The translations under genes and the position numbers were made by a program. 64,000 nucleotides of DNA, from assembly GCF_006345805.1 (NCBI RefSeq), contig NC_043002.1, forward strand, positions 21,638,001 through 21,702,000, read 5' to 3'. The first letter of the stretch is position 1. Each line of letters begins with the position of its first letter. Below the pieces are notes generated by a model. The model ran no database searches. It had not been told where the DNA came from and was given only the letters and a program-made list of their open reading frames with translations. Origin of the DNA: Octopus sinensis. Taxonomy: Eukaryota. Of this stretch, positions 62,635 through 64,000 are shown piece by piece.

Positions 62635-62687
62635 CTACAGAAGACCTAATCCAACCAGCTCAGGTTGTGAAAGACCGATGGAAAGTG
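62400..62687 (+). CDS. TTBK: First coding exon of a tau-tubulin kinase (TTBK1/2, Drosophila Asator-like); gene continues beyond the window
   Basis: 62631-62687 translates MTTEDLIQPAQVVKDRWKV and is followed directly by the donor GTAAGT (62688-62693, phase 0). This matches the recalled kinase starts of Asator (MTSEDLLQPGHVVKERWKV|VRKIGGGGFG) and TTBK2 (VKERWKV|LRKIG). An in-frame ATG at 62400, preceded by in-frame TAG 62388-62390, adds 77 aa including His13. The next exon (xRKIGGGGFGEIY) was not found before 64000. Confidence 0.85.
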
Positions 62688-62693
62688 GTAAGT
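62688..62693 (+). promoter_or_regulatory. 5' splice donor GTAAGT
   Basis: Perfect consensus donor directly after codon V of RWKV, where homology to TTBK stops. Confidence 0.85.
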
Positions 62694-64000
62694 TCAATCA
62701 CTGAAGTTCACACCCCTTAATCATCTCCTTCCACCCCTCTTTGTTTTTTTTTCACTCATCACACCACTTCTGATATTCCATCACCAATCATTGCCTCCCT
62801 ACACTCAAGATACAAAAGGCCATTTTTTTACCTCATCTTTATCTTCATTTATCACCTTCCACAACCCATTACCAACTCTATCAAACCAAAGGATGCTCCT
62901 ACATGTATGCTAAAAGTAGTTCTCAAATCTCCATCTGATGAATTCCAATGTTAAGTAATCTCACTTTGAGGTAATACTTTGATAAACTTATTAGGTTTTT
63001 CTTACAAAGGTGGAAAACATTTAAAAATTTCAAATAGTCCAGGTTTTCTCCTTTGATTTATATCTCAAAACTCAAGCTTGGGCAACCATTTGTGCAGCCA
63101 GTGAATTAAAAAAAGGATAGCATTACATAATCATTCATCTGTGTCTAGGTTTGCAAGGAACTGAAAAGAATTTGATTTTCCTTGAGATTTTGTTTTCCAT
63201 GATAAAACAAATTGCCCTTGCAAGCATAAAGTAACAGCAGTAAATTATTTTACGATTGATTTTAGTGGGTTTTAGTCTATATAGGCCAAAAGCTGTGAAC
63301 AAAAAAAGTTGGACTTTTTTACGTAGCCACTTTTCTGAAACTGGACCAAAAGTGTACCAACAAAATAAGCAAAAAGGTGGAGAAAAAACATTTTTTTTTT
63401 CTATTTGGTTCATATCTAGAACTTTTAATAAAAGAACAAAGGAATTTCACAATTTTATGATTAAAATAAACCCTTACAAAAATGTCCAAGAGAAAATGGT
63501 TTCAGTATTATGTAGTCACATATTATACCTTGTTCATTCAAAAGAAGTGTGTAGAATAAAAAGGGAAATGCTTCAGATTGTTTAAATATGTCTTTGAAAA
63601 ACTTGATGTATTGTTCTTTCCTGTCTACCAAATGTTGATACCCTTAACTTTTGCCTAATACCATTGCTACTATTTTAAAGTTTTCCAAAAGTCTTTTAGC
63701 TTAGAAGAGCCTCAGGCAATAAAACTCATAGAAAGCCCCAAAATAACTTTTTGGAAGTAATTTCACATTTCTGGGGTTATTCTAAGATTAACTGAAGAGA
63801 AAATTACATTAGAATTAGTTTCATGGAAAATATTTTCTCAGTGCCAAAATAAAAGTATATTGGCTGAATCAACTCTGACTCAGGGCTAAAGAACAGCATC
63901 ACATCAACTTTTCTTCATGTGGTCTTTTATTGCTTGCATCATCAATTAATTAATGTGAAGAAAATGAGGTTTTGGCCTGGTTATCTTCATTTGTTATATA

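Noticed and set aside
62694-64000. Second TTBK exon (RKIGGGGFGEIY)
   Set aside because: Not found by eye in this AT-rich intron; presumably beyond the window.

Overview
AT-rich, microsatellite- and SINE-dense eukaryotic DNA. The repeat families look like those of an octopus (coleoid cephalopod) genome; this is recognition from memory, not a database result. The only convincing host protein-coding sequence is one plus-strand exon near the right end (acceptor AG 62349-62350, donor GTAAGT 62688). It encodes MTTEDLIQPAQVVKDRWKV, the start of a tau-tubulin kinase (TTBK/Asator-like) catalytic domain. Upstream of it lie an in-frame 77-aa His/Gln-rich extension and an overlapping uORF whose stop overlaps the conserved ATG (ATGA). 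The remaining ~62 kb is 5' intron or intergenic DNA made of three SINE families, decayed RTE, L2/CR1-like and Penelope-like LINE pieces, a near full-length mariner, a Tc1 remnant, two non-autonomous Helitrons, MITEs and long palindromes, and simple repeats. Nearly all ORFs in the supplied track are artefacts of microsatellites or SINEs. The most interesting signal is a type-I minimal hammerhead-ribozyme architecture in four unrelated short repeats next to (TA)n/(AAT)n tracts. One sits inside a perfect 103-bp-arm palindrome and another in the spacer of a long inverted repeat. All structures were paired by eye; no folding or homology search was run.
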